A stretch of DNA of 64,000 bases from Hemiscyllium ocellatum (lineage: Eukaryota). The position numbers and the translations under genes are program-made. The DNA lies in the NCBI RefSeq assembly GCF_020745735.1, contig NW_026867774.1:1-64000 (forward strand), read 5' to 3'. The notes under the pieces are model-generated. The model was not told the DNA's origin. It saw nothing but the letters and a program-made list of their open reading frames with translations, and did no database searches. Shown here piece after piece: positions 60,840 through 64,000 of the stretch (its first letter is position 1; each line of letters starts with the position of its first letter).

Positions 60840-61870
60840 CCCATTTATTTTTCTTAGAACCTCTGACACTCCTGTTTATTTTTTTTCTATTGCCCTACTC
60901 TACTGCCTAACAGTGGTCTTGCTTATTTTTTCCCCAGCACCCATGGTGTGTGTGTGCAGGTGTGAGACACAGTGAGAGACACAAGGTGTCCGAAACTTGA
61001 TTCAGTTTCCACCACCAGGAAGAAAGGAAACACCCGAGTGGCCTGTGACAAGCAGTGCCCTTCACATCAAAGGGCAATGCTGTGTGATCAAACAGTGAAG
61101 GGGAGGGCAGGGATTAAATCAAAATAGAGTTGGAGGGGGATATAATGCCCTCCACTCCCTGCGGTGCCCCCCTCTCCTTGAACAACTCCAGGGTGTTGCT
61201 GGACACCGCGTACTCCCTCTCCAAGGATACCCGAGTTCTAACGTAACCAGGGAAGAGGAGCAGGCAGTCGGCCCTCACGTCCCCCTCCACGACCCGCTGC
61301 CTGGACCTGTTTATGGGCAGTTTGGCCAGGCCCAGGAGCAGACCCACGAGCAGGACTTCAGACCTGCCCTCCCTCCTCCGTACCAGGTGCCCGAAGATCA
61401 GGAGCGTGGGACTGAAGTGCAACCAAAAACAGAGGAGGAGGTTTTTAAGAAAATCAAGAAGGAAGTGCAAACGCCCACACCCAATATATACATGGTCCAT
61501 GGACTCCACAGCACCACAGAACAAGCAGTTGTGCTGGGAGTCTGTGAACCACCACAATCTGCGGTTGCAGGGGACCGCTGCATGCAGCACCCTCCACCCC
61601 AGATCCCCGAGAGAAATGGGGAGGACTCCCACTTAGAGAGCCCTCCACCGGGGATCCCTCCCCTGACCTCGAGCTCTCTGAGGCTAAAACGTCTGTCCTC
61701 AGGAAAAGGCTCACAGTCGTTCCCGCCCGACCCCACCTCAACAAAACGCGCACCCGCCACGAGCGGAGCTCTTCTTCCGCTGCCTCTATCTCCGTGTCTT
61801 TTTCTTTAACAAAAACTCCCAACCTCCCTCTGAGGACCCCTCGTCCCACCTCCAACATTCCTCCTTCACT
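60840..61870 (-). mobile_element. Tx1-type (L1 clade) non-LTR retrotransposon, 3' end of ORF2 plus 3' UTR
   Basis: DLGWRVLHAAVPCNRRL..CLFCGAVESMDHVYIGCGRL (CxxC-x7-H-x4-C knuckle after the RT) and LLLGLAKLPINRSR, typical of Tx1 ORF2 C-termini. Confidence 0.8.
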
Positions 61871-61879
61871 TGGTCACAC

Positions 61880-64000
61880 CCCCATCCCCCACCACCAGCT
61901 GTGTACACATCCTAGACCTCTTCAGTGCTGACCACTGAGGTGACATTAGCAGCCTCGTTTTCTCCATGTCCTCCCGCAACCCCGTCACCCTCTCCAACCA
62001 TCCCTACTCTGATTGAGGACTCCACTTTCTCTGCACCAACCCCTGGTTCACTATCAAGCCCACTGACAAAGATGGGGTGGTGTTAGTCTGGAGAACAGAC
62101 CTAAATGTCACATAGGGCGAACGCCAATTCTCCAATACCATGCCCTACTTTTCCCTTGCCCATGACCCCGCGGTGACCCATCAGGCCAAAATCACTCACA
62201 CTATCAGTGCCCCCATTGCCTCCAGTGATCTCCCCTCCATTGCCTCCAATCTCATATACCCCCAACCCCACAAGGCCCAGTTCTATCTGCTCCTCAAGAT
62301 CCACAAGTCCAACTCCCCCGGCTGACCCATTGTCCCAGCATGCTCCTGCTCCAGCAAACTCCTCTCATCCTACCTCAACTCTCCTCCTTGTTTCAGGCAC
62401 TTCCCACCTACATCCGCTACACCAACCACAACCTCCATCTCTTCAGTAACGTCCAGATCCCTAGCCCTGAGCACTTTATCTCCACTATGGGTGTGCAGTC
62501 CTTATATATGTCCATACCCAATAAGGATGCCTCCAGACCCTCCACCTTTTCCTCTGCAACAGACCCATCCAGTCCCCCTCCACCAATACCCTCCTCCGCC
62601 TTGCTGAACTAGTCCTCACCCTCAACAACGTTTACTTTAACTCCTCCCATTTCCTCCAAATCCAGAGAGTGGCCATGGGCACCCAGATGGGCCCCAGCTA
62701 CGCTTGCTTCTTTATTGACTATGTTGTACAGTCCCTCTTCAGTATCTACGCAGGCACTGTGCCCCAACTCTTCCGCCATTACATCAATGACTGCATCAGT
62801 GCAGTGACCTGCACCCAGGCTGAACTGGAGCAGTTCATCGGCTTTGCCCACAACTTCCACCCCGTCCTCAAATTCCCTTGGTCCATCTCGGACACCTCCC
62901 TCCCCTTTTTTGACCTCTCCATTTCCAATTCTGGTGATAATCTACAGACAGACATTTACTACAAACCCACAGATTCCCATATCTAGCTGGACTACACCTC
63001 CTCTCACCCAGTATCCTGTAAGAACTCCATTTCATTCTCCCAATTCCTCTGCCTCTGCCCCATCTGCTCGGATGAGGAGATATTCCACTGATCACAGATG
63101 TCCAACTGTTACGGACAATGTGCTTTTCCTCCTTCTGCCATCCACTGCACCAGGTCTATTTCCTGTTCCACTGCTCTAAACCCACCTCCCTCTAAATACA
63201 ATAAAGGCAGAATCCCTATTGTTGTCACCTATCACCCCAGCAATCTCTGAATCCAACGCATCATTCTTAAACACTTCCATCAACTCTAACTAGACAACAC
63301 CACCAAATACATCTTCCTCTCCCCACCCCTGGCTGCTTTCCACAAGGACCATTCCCTTCGATAATTCTTGATCTGTGTCACTCACACTGCAACCATCCTG
63401 AACCCCTCGGTACCTTCCCCTGAAACCTGAAAACATGCAAAGCCTGCTGGTACACCAATCCCACACCTCCATCCAGGGCCCCAAACAGTCCTTCCAGGTG
63501 AGACAGAGGTTCACCTGCTTCACCTCCAACCTAGATTACTGCATCAGGTGTTCCCCATGTGGTCTTCTCTACATCGGGAAGAGCAAACGTAAACTGAGGA
63601 ACATTTCACCGAACATCTCAGCCAGACCCGCAGGGGCCGAGCAGTCCCACCAGTCAGCACCCATTTTAATTCCCCTTCCCACTCCATTTTTGACATGACC
63701 AACATTGGCGTCCTCCATTGCCACAATGAACCAAACCACATATTGGAGGAACAACATCTCATCTTCATTGTGGCAGCATACAACCCAGATGACTCAACAT
63801 TGAGTTCTCCAATTTCAAATAACCTCCCTTCCCATCCCCGACCCCCTTCCCAGCACCTCTCCCTCCCCTCCACTACTCCCTTACACCTACCAGATTCATT
63901 CCTCCCACTGACCAACCAGGTCATACCCTCCACCTGTCATCACCTATCCCCACTTCATCATCCTGTCCCCCGCCACCTCTTTATCTGCAGCTCCTCCTAC
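61880..64000 (+). mobile_element. Degenerate Penelope-like element (RT + GIY-YIG), running off the window end
   Basis: IKPTDKDG (ADKG-like), MAMGTQMGPSYACFF..YINDC, TDIYYKPTDSH, FQVRQRFTCFTSNLDYCIRCSPCGLLYIGKSK. Confidence 0.9.

Noticed and set aside
60840-61870. U2 snRNA-targeted (Keno-like) insertion
   Set aside because: No U2 snRNA sequence is recognisable on either flank.

Overview
Repeat-dense cartilaginous-fish (shark; probably a carpet/bamboo shark, by inference) genomic DNA containing a germline, unrearranged immunoglobulin kappa-type (nurse-shark NS4-like) light-chain cluster on the + strand. Its parts are a promoter, leader exon (9052-9100), V exon (9287-9585) with a canonical 12-RSS, one J (10061-10095) with a canonical 23-RSS, a ~10.2-kb intron, and a C exon (20288-20615) carrying a 1-nt frameshift. 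A second C exon (58604-58909) has different lesions and no V or J of its own in the window. Between the two C exons lies a ~34-kb imperfect palindrome of the C 3' flank (about 21.2-55.1 kb). Most of that palindrome is itself tandemly duplicated as two ~15.1-kb units (23565-38655 and 38656-53767), with a junction that cuts a young CR1 LINE. The rest is CR1/L2 LINE fragments, HE1-type tRNA-derived SINEs, Penelope-like elements (one with a well-formed minimal hammerhead ribozyme), a Tx1-type LINE fragment, a probable solo LTR, and mini/microsatellites. Repeat boundaries and percent identities are estimates made by eye. I found no clear wholly new system. The best leads are the two-C architecture with non-overlapping lesions, the palindrome/duplication history, a conserved non-repeat block 3' of C, candidate B-cell regulatory islands, and the ribozyme.
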